A DNA stretch of 64,000 bases from a virus: IMG/VR virus record IMGVR_UViG_3300033183_000299, positions 107,508 through 171,507 of that record. One strand, given 5' to 3'. Both the position numbers and the translations under genes were made by a program. Shown piece after piece: positions 18,524-26,539 of the stretch (within the stretch, counting starts at the first letter, position 1; each line of letters opens with the position of its first letter). The notes below the pieces were generated by a model, which ran no database searches, was not told the DNA's origin, and was given only the letters and a program-made list of their open reading frames with translations.

Positions 18524-19210
18524 CTATTCTTCTACAATTTCCCAACCATTCTTGAGAAATTTATCTAATTCAGATTCATCAATCTCTATTTCTTCATATT
18601 CATTTTTATTGAAATCTGAAGTTCCGAGTCTTTGAGTCTTGTGAATATCTCCAAGCATGGCGTAATCAAAGTCTTCGAAAATTGAAACATCGTCTTCTCC
18701 ATGGTCCAATGAGAACCCACTTCCAACCATTGAGCCACGAACAGCTCCATGATACAAGGCTATGTTGATAGCGTTTTCATTAGATGGGGCTTGCCAATTA
18801 TCTCTATCGAACACAGAGAGAACATTGAAAGTCAGACCTGGCTCTGGAGAGTATTCGCCTGAGTTTTTCAGCAAAGTGAAATTTGGATGATTCATTGCCT
18901 CAACAATTGGAGTCACCGCATCTTGACGATCTCCATTTTTAAGATTTCCATCATGATTTCCAAGAATCATAATTGTTGGTGCGATATCTGCGAGAGACTT
19001 CAAAAAGTTAGAAGCCATCTCAAAATATTCTGGTGATAATTGTGTTTTTGTGTGAGCAAGGTCACCAGTATGTACAATGTAGTCTGGTTGCTCTTGCTTT
19101 AATGAGTCATATATTTGATTAAACACGTGACGATATTCGTCATGATATTTAAGGTTTCGGATGTGTGTGTCACTAATGTGGCTAATTCTAAACATTTTTT
19201 TCTTAGTCAT
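18524..19210 (-). CDS. SbcD/Mre11 (gp47-like) nuclease N-terminal fragment with an acidic C-terminal tag
   Basis: HISDTH, HTGDL, LGNHD, YHG, LGDIH metallophosphoesterase motifs, followed by a non-homologous acidic tail. Confidence 0.9.
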   Translation of the reverse strand: MTKKKMFRISHISDTHIRNLKYHDEYRHVFNQIYDSLKQEQPDYIVHTGDLAHTKTQLSPEYFEMASNFLKSLADIAPTIMILGNHDGNLKNGDRQDAVTPIVEAMNHPNFTLLKNSGEYSPEPGLTFNVLSVFDRDNWQAPSNENAINIALYHGAVRGSMVGSGFSLDHGEDDVSIFEDFDYAMLGDIHKTQRLGTSDFNKNEYEEIEIDESELDKFLKNGWEIVEE

Positions 19211-19527
19211 TTGTCCTCCATGATCTTGTTGCGTATTTCTAATGTAACACGATTTGATTGATGTGTCAAGTAAAAATCTTCACTTTCTTCAAAAAAAAGT
19301 GGACCACCCTTCATATGCGTTAGGTCCAAGGTGTTATATTCAAAAAATGTTATGGCCGTTCCATATTCCCAATGATTATACTTCCTCATACAATCCATGA
19401 GCATTTCTGTGTGATACACAAGTCTACCCCTATCAAAAGCTACAATTGCCTCATTGTAATGCTCTTGTGGCTCAATAATAATGAACTCGTGCCCTAACTC
19501 TAATCCTTCTTGGATAAATTTATTCAT
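19207..19527 (-). CDS. Hypothetical protein
   Basis: ATG 19527 with AGGAGGT SD and an early promoter upstream. Confidence 0.65.
   Translation of the reverse strand: MNKFIQEGLELGHEFIIIEPQEHYNEAIVAFDRGRLVYHTEMLMDCMRKYNHWEYGTAITFFEYNTLDLTHMKGGPLFFEESEDFYLTHQSNRVTLEIRNKIMEDK
19241..19269 (-). promoter_or_regulatory. Early sigma70-type promoter (sbcD)
   Basis: TTGACA-17 nt-TACATT with CGTGT extended -10. Confidence 0.75.
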
Positions 19528-19550
19528 GATAACCTCCTGTGGTGTTAGAT

Positions 19551-19579
19551 AATGTAACACGTTCAAAAGAAGTTGTCAA
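19551..19579 (-). promoter_or_regulatory. Early sigma70-type promoter
   Basis: TTGACA-17 nt-TACATT with CGTGT. Confidence 0.75.
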
Positions 19580-19580
19580 G

Positions 19581-19787
19581 TTAATTAAGTAAAATAATCA
19601 TCTCTGATGAGACCACCATATCTACATCTCCAAATAAAACCGAATACCATGTGATGCCTCGTCCAAATTCTTCGCCAAGAAGCTCATCAAAAGAGATGAC
19701 TTCCAAGACAACCCCTACGTTTGGTATAGTCTGACTTTGATATTCTTCTAGAAACTCTACTAAGCTGCCTATTTCGATTTGTCCCAC
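19581..19787 (-). CDS. Small hypothetical protein
   Basis: 68 aa, GGAGG SD, late motif at 19805-19812. Confidence 0.6.
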   Translation of the reverse strand: MGQIEIGSLVEFLEEYQSQTIPNVGVVLEVISFDELLGEEFGRGITWYSVLFGDVDMVVSSEMIILLN

Positions 19788-19830
19788 ATAAGACCCTCCA
19801 CTATTAAATAGTGTCGGAACTGCGGGAGTC

Positions 19831-20739
19831 CTACTCGATGTGACCTGTTCCTACTACCGACCATTCAAGTTGGGCATCCACATAGCCATTGAGGCCTTCA
19901 TACGGAACTCTTTGGCGAGAAAATCTTGTCATGTGGATTGCGGTCAACGCCCACGTTGGATAGCTTTGAAAATAAGATCCGTCAAAAAAATAAAATCCAT
20001 CATCCGTAGTTGAACATGATACTACGCCAAGCAACTGACTCCCGTCTGGTGAGTATGTGGCGATTGTAATGTTAAATAAATCTGGTCCTCCGGATGGTCC
20101 CCAGGAGAACTGCGTTCCAAACTTGGATACTACAGCTGCGAAAGCATATGAGATGTCTACATAACGCATCTCATAAGGTTCAACAAAGTCAAATCCGTGG
20201 ATAGAGCGAAACTGAAATGAAGTTCCATCTTGTGCCTGAACATTAAGCATGGTGTCTCGATCATATTGGCTCTCGGAGATAAAGCCGCTGTATACGTTTG
20301 TTCCATTGTTATAGGCCGTGAATGAGTTGGGATTACCGTAGATGTTAAGTGACTGTCCGATATTGATCGGAGAAACTCCAATGGCCACAGGATTGACCGA
20401 GTTGACGCATTGACCAGCAGGAGGGAACCATGTTGGATGTGTCTCATTGATCTTGTTGTGGAACTTTGCTGAGAAGTTAATTGTGATTTCTTGATAAACT
20501 CCCATGCAGGCTTGGCAAGCCACTTGTTCGAGAGTGTAGTTTACAAGCCCTACGGTGCCCTCTAATGGCTCCGATGAAGGCTCTCCACTTGGCTCACTAG
20601 TGGGAGACGAAGATGGCTCAGAAGAAGGCTGAGAGACTGCTGTGTCGACAATTGAGATTGATGTATCTTGTGATTTAATTTCTGTGTATCCATAAATTCC
20701 AACGTCCATACCGCAAGCTAGCAAAAAACCTAATAACAT
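19831..20739 (-). CDS. Lipoprotein with PSSE-repeat linker
   Basis: MLLGFLLA|C lipobox and QPSSEPSSSPTSEPSGEPSSEP linker. Confidence 0.7.
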   Translation of the reverse strand: MLLGFLLACGMDVGIYGYTEIKSQDTSISIVDTAVSQPSSEPSSSPTSEPSGEPSSEPLEGTVGLVNYTLEQVACQACMGVYQEITINFSAKFHNKINETHPTWFPPAGQCVNSVNPVAIGVSPINIGQSLNIYGNPNSFTAYNNGTNVYSGFISESQYDRDTMLNVQAQDGTSFQFRSIHGFDFVEPYEMRYVDISYAFAAVVSKFGTQFSWGPSGGPDLFNITIATYSPDGSQLLGVVSCSTTDDGFYFFDGSYFQSYPTWALTAIHMTRFSRQRVPYEGLNGYVDAQLEWSVVGTGHIE

Positions 20740-20748
20740 ATCAATCTC

Positions 20749-20958
20749 CTAATGTTCTTTAATGATTATGTAACCCCACAAATCACTTCTAATATAATCC
20801 AGATTGTATTCTCGAATTACTTCGCAAGCAATATTTTTCATGGCCTCTGAGTTGCCTGTTATAATTTTTATACAGTCGCCCCAGTTATCATTAATAAATA
20901 GTTCGACTTGACCTTTGGCTTCCTCATGCCTAAATCCATGAAGATCGATGACTTTCAT
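20749..20958 (-). CDS. Stand-alone Smr (MutS2 C-terminal-like) domain protein
   Basis: IDLHG...EA and IITG motifs. Confidence 0.7.
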   Translation of the reverse strand: MKVIDLHGFRHEEAKGQVELFINDNWGDCIKIITGNSEAMKNIACEVIREYNLDYIRSDLWGYIIIKEH

Positions 20959-20959
20959 T

Positions 20960-22489
20960 TTATTGTTGTTCGAACCAATTTATTGAGACGGTTCCATCCA
21001 TCGCGGCCGTTGATTTTATTCCTATTACTACTTGCGTCCCAGGTCCAAAAACAAAATCCATTAACGTTAAATCGATTGTTTTTGAAGAAGCCGATCCTAC
21101 CACCAGCTCATAAAATGGCTGTCTGAGTGGTACTTTGAATGTTTGCGTTGACGGCGCCAAATTAGCATATGATACAATGCTGCTTTGCTCGTTTACATAT
21201 TGGAAATTAACATCACCAGTAACTTCACTATTCAAGAATAGTCCAATAGTCAAAGTCTTATTATTCACCTCATTTGAGGCTCCCAATTGTAATAAATCAA
21301 ACTCCCCAAAAGATGATTGCCCATTATACACCCTGTTTGCCTTAAGTATAGCTAGTGGCTTATATGTTGATGAGTTAAAACTAGAGAATGAAAAAGATAG
21401 GGCAAACTTTGGATCAAGCTTAGTCACCTTGCCTTCTGTGAACGCTGCCATTGAAACTGTTCTCAAGTCAACATTTGTTGTTCCTCCAATGTTTGCCGAT
21501 GTTGCTAAAATTGATGCATTAGGATTCTTCAAAACGGGAGTTGTTCTATTGTTGGCATTTTTAATTTGATGAAACTCGGTCATCAATCCCGTCTCCGGAT
21601 TCTCAACGGCAAACTTCGCATTCCCAAAGCCCAAATATTGAAACCCAATTTGGTAGATGTTTCCAAGTTGTGGATTTAAAACCATCTCAGATGGTCCTGA
21701 TCCGTCCAATCTATCCACATTAAAAGAAGCAGAAGGAATAAAAGTATTAAATTGTGCAACACCCTCTCTTGTTCTACTAAATGTTCCTGAGATTCCAGAT
21801 CCAGCTACTGAATATGAACCAGTTAGTGGCCCTGATCTTGCCGACAAGAAGTATACAGAATCACCCACAGCATCAGCCAGCCATCCTCCATCAGAAAGGT
21901 TTGAATAGTCCCCTAGGGATAATTGATAGGCCGTCTGTGTTACATCTGTTGCGCCGGTTACCGGTATTAAGATTGAATTTCCATTTAGAGTAACAGTAAC
22001 GTTTCCGGTACCAGCACCGGTTATAACTTGAAGCTTTCTTATTTCTCTCGAACCATCTTCAGAATGTAACACGCCAAAGAAGCCGCCAAAATATCCAACA
22101 AAGTAGCCACATTCAGAATTACCAAGTCCAATAAATTGTGCATTTCCAACATCAGGGGTTCCGAATAGCGCAGTTGCTCTCATCATTGATCCTTGACCAG
22201 ACTTGTACTTAAGCCCTCTTCTGAGTTGGATAACAGCAGATCCAGTTGGTGATGTACCAGAAGATAAAACAGCCATTCCATCTTCTGCGGTGACAGTAGC
22301 GCCAGCATATTCACCTAAATTGAATATTTGATCATTAACAATGTTATAAACAAAATCACCTTGAGCAACAGGTGTTAGTTGAGATACGGAAACTTCCCCA
22401 AATGTCGTTAAAGGCCCATCAAAGGATCCTGGGTTACCAGTTCCAGATGAAGGAAAGGACTTCTTTTTTCTTAAATCATTAAATCCCAT
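20960..22489 (-). CDS. Putative virion structural protein
   Basis: Start ATG 22489 (TAATG coupling). Gly/Ser/Thr-rich beta protein. Confidence 0.6.
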   Translation of the reverse strand: MGFNDLRKKKSFPSSGTGNPGSFDGPLTTFGEVSVSQLTPVAQGDFVYNIVNDQIFNLGEYAGATVTAEDGMAVLSSGTSPTGSAVIQLRRGLKYKSGQGSMMRATALFGTPDVGNAQFIGLGNSECGYFVGYFGGFFGVLHSEDGSREIRKLQVITGAGTGNVTVTLNGNSILIPVTGATDVTQTAYQLSLGDYSNLSDGGWLADAVGDSVYFLSARSGPLTGSYSVAGSGISGTFSRTREGVAQFNTFIPSASFNVDRLDGSGPSEMVLNPQLGNIYQIGFQYLGFGNAKFAVENPETGLMTEFHQIKNANNRTTPVLKNPNASILATSANIGGTTNVDLRTVSMAAFTEGKVTKLDPKFALSFSFSSFNSSTYKPLAILKANRVYNGQSSFGEFDLLQLGASNEVNNKTLTIGLFLNSEVTGDVNFQYVNEQSSIVSYANLAPSTQTFKVPLRQPFYELVVGSASSKTIDLTLMDFVFGPGTQVVIGIKSTAAMDGTVSINWFEQQ

Positions 22490-22902
22490 TAGCCAACTCC
22501 TGCCGATCCTGACCAATTATTAACAAGATGCCCAGAGCTAATCCCTGTAAGTCCAGCAACAACAGATCCTGATGTTTCATATTCCGTGTCTGAGATTAAA
22601 AACACTTTAGATACTTTAAATTCTGCTTCGAACGTTTCTCCATTTTCTAAAACAACATAATTGTTGTCTTGAACCCCTTGGACCCCATTTGCAGAAAACC
22701 CAAAACGCAATGGCCTATCTGGATCTGATGGTAACATTGAATTTGTTACGATAATAAATCTAGTAACCGTATCGAATGAAATCTCCAAAGGCTCAGAAGA
22801 ATTATCTGGGATGTTCAGAGAAGAAGACAAAAAAGGTTTTGCCGAGGTTTGGAAAGATGGAACGTGTCCCAATCCATAATGATATTTAAAATCTTGACTC
22901 AT
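22489..22902 (-). CDS. Small virion protein, third paralog of 4756..5166
   Basis: GLGHVPSFQTSAKPF...VT..I.V...R..F...NN..VL...VAGLTGI. Confidence 0.65.
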   Translation of the reverse strand: MSQDFKYHYGLGHVPSFQTSAKPFLSSSLNIPDNSSEPLEISFDTVTRFIIVTNSMLPSDPDRPLRFGFSANGVQGVQDNNYVVLENGETFEAEFKVSKVFLISDTEYETSGSVVAGLTGISSGHLVNNWSGSAGVG

Positions 22903-22909
22903 AGTATCT

Positions 22910-22917
22910 TAAATAGT
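22910..22917 (-). promoter_or_regulatory. Putative late promoter ACTATTTA
   Basis: 7 nt upstream of ATG 22902, no SD. Confidence 0.6.
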
Positions 22918-22937
22918 CTAGGTTTAAGTAAAGAAAT

Positions 22938-22963
22938 AAAAAAGCCTCTCCGAAGAAAGGCTT
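22938..22963 (-). terminator. Intrinsic terminator
   Basis: AAGCCTTTC-TTCG-GAGAGGCTT followed by a U-tract. cUUCGg tetraloop. Confidence 0.85.
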
Positions 22964-23002
22964 GAGGAAACGTGAGAGCTCCAAAAGAACCAAGGTTCAA
23001 AG

Positions 23003-23536
23003 TTAAGTAGTTTCTCCCCATTTCTTCTTTAGGTATTCCTCTATCTTTTCTTCAACCAAATATTTGTAAGAGCTATGGACGTACAAATGATGAGTCGGAC
23101 ACAATGGTACAAGATTCTTAGGATCATCATTATCGTGATTTTCATCATAATGATGGACGGCGACAATCTTATCTTCTCCGCACACTACGCACACTTTTTC
23201 GTGATGAGCCCAGCAGATGCTTCTGTAAGAATTGCCGGTGCCATAATGGTTTGGCATTATCTCTTTTATTCCCCCAATTTTTTGAGCAGCGTCTTTGCAT
23301 GATCTAGAACAGAAAAACAAGCCAGATTTCGATTGTTTCTTTTTGCTGTTGTTTTTGTAAAATTCCTTCCCGCATTTTGCGCACTCAACATTTGGTTTCT
23401 TAGGCTTTATTTTTGATACCCTATGTGCTGCTGAACATTTTCTTGTACAAAATTTTCCATTTCCCCTCTTCACTTCTCTCAATAATGCTTCAAACTCTTT
23501 GCCGCATTGTAGACATGGTTTTTTAATTGTAGTCAT
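23003..23536 (-). mobile_element. Free-standing HNH endonuclease downstream of the tRNA
   Basis: Two CxxC...FC.R.C zinc modules and C-terminal CVVCG...VHH.DENH.N....NLVPLCPTHH. Own late motif at 23558-23565. Confidence 0.85.
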
Positions 23537-23617
23537 TTCTACCTCCTATTTTATTAATAAGTAGTGTTGTGTAGTAAAAAAGCTTTGCGCAAAAAGATAG
23601 TTCTCCACGATTGATGC

Positions 23618-23649
23618 AAAAAAAACCTTCCATCAATTATAACGGAAGG
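23618..23649 (-). terminator. Intrinsic terminator after the tRNA
   Basis: CCTTCC-12 nt-GGAAGG followed by T8. Confidence 0.7.
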
Positions 23650-23652
23650 ATA

Positions 23653-23724
23653 TGGAGGTGGGGAGGCTCGAACTCCCAAGAAGGCCTTGCAAGGGCCCCA
23701 GTTTCCCAGTTAGCTTACACCCCC
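23653..23724 (-). tRNA. tRNA-Ala (anticodon TGC), CCA not encoded
   Basis: Acceptor GGGGGTG/CACCTCC with G3:U70, anticodon arm GGGCC-CTTGCAA-GGCCT, T-arm GGGAG-TTCGAGC-CTCCC, A73 followed by TA. Late motif at 23736-23743. Confidence 0.9.
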
Positions 23725-23734
23725 ACATGTAACC

Positions 23735-24568
23735 TTAAATAGTGTGCGTCAATACATTTGGTATTTCTTGCTTTTGATTTCTCAAGATTTCTCGATAACG
23801 CGAGATGACCTTAAAATAAAGCCCTGAATTCGTCTGAAGAAGCCAAGAATGGAGCTGGGCGAACGTTTGAGTTTGGCTATATGTTACCATTCCGTAGTGC
23901 TCAGAAAGCAGCTGTAGGGCATCCTCGGGGCTCGTTATTGTCCATTCTGATGTATTTTTCTCTTTGATACCCGAGAAATGATTAAATGTGTAGCCAATCT
24001 CCGAGAATAAAGCCACAAGAAACTGTGTTCTGTGGAGTCCTTTTAGGCCATGTTCGCCATGAGAATAGTAGGACCAAGTAAGCCAATCGATGTCTCCAAC
24101 CATCCAATCGATCTGTACATGATCCCCTGTTGGGCCATTCTCGTCATGTTGCGGAAAGCATGTAAAGATGTTTCCAGCAGTTACTTGACCTCCGACATCA
24201 ATGTTATTCTCTGCAATTTTTTCTGAGATTAGAGTTAGTAAAGCACGCATCTTGCTCATTTGGTAAGTTGCTGTTCGTGCTCTCTTGTGGATTTTTGTGT
24301 AAAGATTATTCCAATCGTCATAGTCAACACCCCACTTCTCCAATTCATCCCCAGTAAATGAGCGAACGATGTGAGTCCAGTCGATTGCTAGATCCAAGTC
24401 TCCCGATGTTTCTTTCTTGCCCGCTGATCCAACTGGCTTGAAGAAAGTTAAAGAGTGAGCCTTCATCGGGAAGATTTCTCCGAGAGCTTTTTTGTAAGCC
24501 TCGATTGTTGGTCTCACTCTGTCTTTTGAAATTGTTGTTGCTTTGTCTTTAAAGATGTTACCACCCAT
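23735..24568 (-). CDS. Pol-beta-superfamily nucleotidyltransferase
   Basis: GSAGKKETSGDLDLAI (GS...DxD) and third Asp in VQIDWM. Start ATG 24568 with GGAGGA SD. Confidence 0.75.
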   Translation of the reverse strand: MGGNIFKDKATTISKDRVRPTIEAYKKALGEIFPMKAHSLTFFKPVGSAGKKETSGDLDLAIDWTHIVRSFTGDELEKWGVDYDDWNNLYTKIHKRARTATYQMSKMRALLTLISEKIAENNIDVGGQVTAGNIFTCFPQHDENGPTGDHVQIDWMVGDIDWLTWSYYSHGEHGLKGLHRTQFLVALFSEIGYTFNHFSGIKEKNTSEWTITSPEDALQLLSEHYGMVTYSQTQTFAQLHSWLLQTNSGLYFKVISRYREILRNQKQEIPNVLTHTI

Positions 24569-24590
24569 AGTGTCCTCCATTGTTTTAAAC

Positions 24591-24619
24591 AATATAACAC
24601 GTTTGGATTGACTTGTCAA
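24591..24619 (-). promoter_or_regulatory. Early sigma70-type promoter
   Basis: TTGACA-17 nt-TATATT with CGTGT. Confidence 0.75.
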
Positions 24620-25551
24620 ATATTTTCTAAAAGTTTTTCAAAGAAATACATTTCATTCTTAATTGGTCTGGCTTCTTCAAGTCTTTCCTTAAACTCTTCG
24701 CTACCCATTTCTCCAACATCTGCGTCATCAATTGGGATCTTGAAAACTTCGAGATCGTATTTTAAAAGCGACTTGATGATCCATTCGGCTTTCTTCTCGG
24801 CATCTTTGTCGAGAGCCATGTAGACCGGTGTGTCGTGGATCGCGATTGCTTGGAACAAACGTGACTTTTCTCGAAGCGTTGAGCCAAGGATTGGGATTGC
24901 GTTCTCTCCAGCTGCGATTGCGTCAAAGACACCTTCGACAAGAATGATTGGTTCGTCCCAATCAATGTTTAGTTCGTTAAAAACGATATCACGATCTGTT
25001 GGAGGGTTGAGGTACCTACGCTGATGCCCAACATAGCTGCGAGCAATGAAATAGTTACAGTCTCCATCAGAGTCAATGGACGGGATAATGATTCGTCCTC
25101 CATAGCGGCCCTCCTTGCAATAGCCAATTTTCCATTTTAAAATCTCTCGACGACCAATACCACGAGACGATAGATAACGGAAAGCGTCCGTTGAGTCCAT
25201 CGGCAGGTCTTTGTTGCATAAAGAGATAAATTCGTCGGGAAGATCGATCTTTTGTTTCTCTTCCACATTGTTTAGTTCTTTAAAAAGATCCTCGAACTCA
25301 TTAAGGTCAAGGCGACCTTGTAGTTCAAGATACTTTTGTCGTTGCTGGTATGTTCCGAACTTTCTTACAATTCGGTAAATGTTTTTATGTCGTGAATCGC
25401 AGTGCCAGCAATGTGCGCCTTTCTTAAAGTTTACTGCGAATTTTTTATTTCTGTGATTGCAATAAGGGCAAGTGAAATAATATTCATCTTGCCCTTGTCT
25501 TTTTGGATAACCCAAAATTTGAGTTAGAATTTTTAATTTATCTGCTTCCAT
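24616..25551 (-). CDS. DNA primase (zinc finger + TOPRIM)
   Basis: CPYC...HCWHC zinc finger, YL..RGI, RIIIP, LVEGVFDAI, ALDKDA. Confidence 0.9.
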   Translation of the reverse strand: MEADKLKILTQILGYPKRQGQDEYYFTCPYCNHRNKKFAVNFKKGAHCWHCDSRHKNIYRIVRKFGTYQQRQKYLELQGRLDLNEFEDLFKELNNVEEKQKIDLPDEFISLCNKDLPMDSTDAFRYLSSRGIGRREILKWKIGYCKEGRYGGRIIIPSIDSDGDCNYFIARSYVGHQRRYLNPPTDRDIVFNELNIDWDEPIILVEGVFDAIAAGENAIPILGSTLREKSRLFQAIAIHDTPVYMALDKDAEKKAEWIIKSLLKYDLEVFKIPIDDADVGEMGSEEFKERLEEARPIKNEMYFFEKLLENI

Positions 25552-25569
25552 AGTTGTCCTCCTTTAAAT

Positions 25570-25598
25570 AACTTAACACGAAAAGAAAGACTTGTCAA
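25570..25598 (-). promoter_or_regulatory. Early promoter supplied by the inserted cassette
   Basis: TTGACA-17 nt-TAAGTT with CGTGT. Confidence 0.7.
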
Positions 25599-25605
25599 GA
25601 AGAAA

Positions 25606-26169
25606 TTAATAATTAAATCTTTCCGCTCTTTCAATCGCCCTTGTAATCGTTGTTGTGTGAACTCCAATTTCTTTCGCAATTGATCCTTTTGTTTCTCCGG
25701 AAAGCCATCTTTCTCTGAACGATGCTTCTTGTTCGTCCGTAAATCTTTTATTTGATTTACTTATCTTTCTTCGCCACTCTTCACTCACAGGCTTTCCGTA
25801 ATGTGGGTGGTTTTCATCGGATAGTTTTTCAGATAGAAGTTGCTTTACTTCTTCTGTGTGGTTCAGTCCAGCCATAGGAGAGCCGGCTACCCTGCTAATG
25901 TTGTAGATTTCTTGACCGCCGCCAAAGGCTTCGTCAAGATATTCTTGCTCTTTCGCAAGCAAATTTGCTCTTCTTACTTCTTCAATCAATACGAACTCAA
26001 ATTGATCTTCGCCGTGCTTGTCGTAAGAATTTTGAAGGTGGAAGTTGGTGTGAGTTCCGCTTCTCAAGTTTGACTTGTGATGTCTCCACCTTCTCTTGAT
26101 ATTGTTTGAAGATCCAATGTAAAATTTTCCATTGACCTTATTTGTTATTTTGTAAATTCCCGAGTTCAT
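25606..26169 (-). mobile_element. GIY-YIG homing endonuclease (NUMOD3 + HTH)
   Basis: SGIYKITNKVNGKFYIGSS, KRR...H, EQEYLD, YN, HTEEVK/NHPHYGK NUMOD3-like, C-terminal HTH (IAKEIGVHTTTITR). Confidence 0.9.
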
Positions 26170-26305
26170 TTTGACTATCCTCCGCTAACTTGGAGTTAAT
26201 CAAATTCTCAACAAACTTTCCAACCTTCAAACCCTTTTCTTTACAATAGTTCTTTAACTTCTCGTGGGTCTCTTCGTTGATTTTGAGATTTTTTAAATTA
26301 GACAT
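26138..26305 (-). CDS. Ribbon-helix-helix-like DNA-binding protein (55 aa, not in ORF track)
   Basis: MSNLKNLKINEETHEKLKNYCKEKGLKVGKFVENLINSKLAEDSQNELGNLQNNK. AAGGAG SD, late motif at 26323-26330. Confidence 0.7.
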   Translation of the reverse strand: MSNLKNLKINEETHEKLKNYCKEKGLKVGKFVENLINSKLAEDSQNELGNLQNNK

Positions 26306-26321
26306 GATAACTCCTTTTACT

Positions 26322-26483
26322 CTAAATAGTCTCTAAAAGATAAAAAAGGATAAAAAAAGATAAGTTCACCGACATCTTCTTTTTGTGGTGATTGCAATAA
26401 GGGCAATGATACAAATGCTCATCGCCCTTTTGATAATAAGACCCAAGTATTTGGGTTACAATTTTTCTTTTGTCCTCGATCAT
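26322..26483 (-). pseudogene. Truncated original 5' end of the primase gene
   Basis: MIEDKRKIVTQILGSYYQKGDEHLYHCPYCNHHKKKMSVN aligns with primase residues 1-41, then runs into AT-rich insert sequence. Confidence 0.85.
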
Positions 26484-26500
26484 AATGTCCTCCTGTTTAT

Positions 26501-26529
26501 AAGATAACACGTCACAGAAGGTTTGTCAA
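26501..26529 (-). promoter_or_regulatory. Early promoter of the original primase gene
   Basis: TTGACA-17 nt-TATCTT with CGTGT. Confidence 0.75.
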
Positions 26530-26539
26530 GTAAAAAGTT

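Noticed and set aside
17651-18622. Split intein or group I intron in sbcD
   Set aside because: The added peptides are far too short for a Hint domain, there is no terminal His-Asn, and there is almost no non-coding space for a ribozyme core. Splicing is not formally excluded without RT-PCR.
23610-23637. ATTGATG/CATCAAT alternative pairing as an antiterminator
   Set aside because: The second arm is transcribed after the U-tract, so it cannot pre-empt termination.
23653-23724. tRNA-Cys (GCA) reading
   Set aside because: The 7-nt loop CTTGCAA centres on TGC, and G3:U70 with A73 are alanine determinants.
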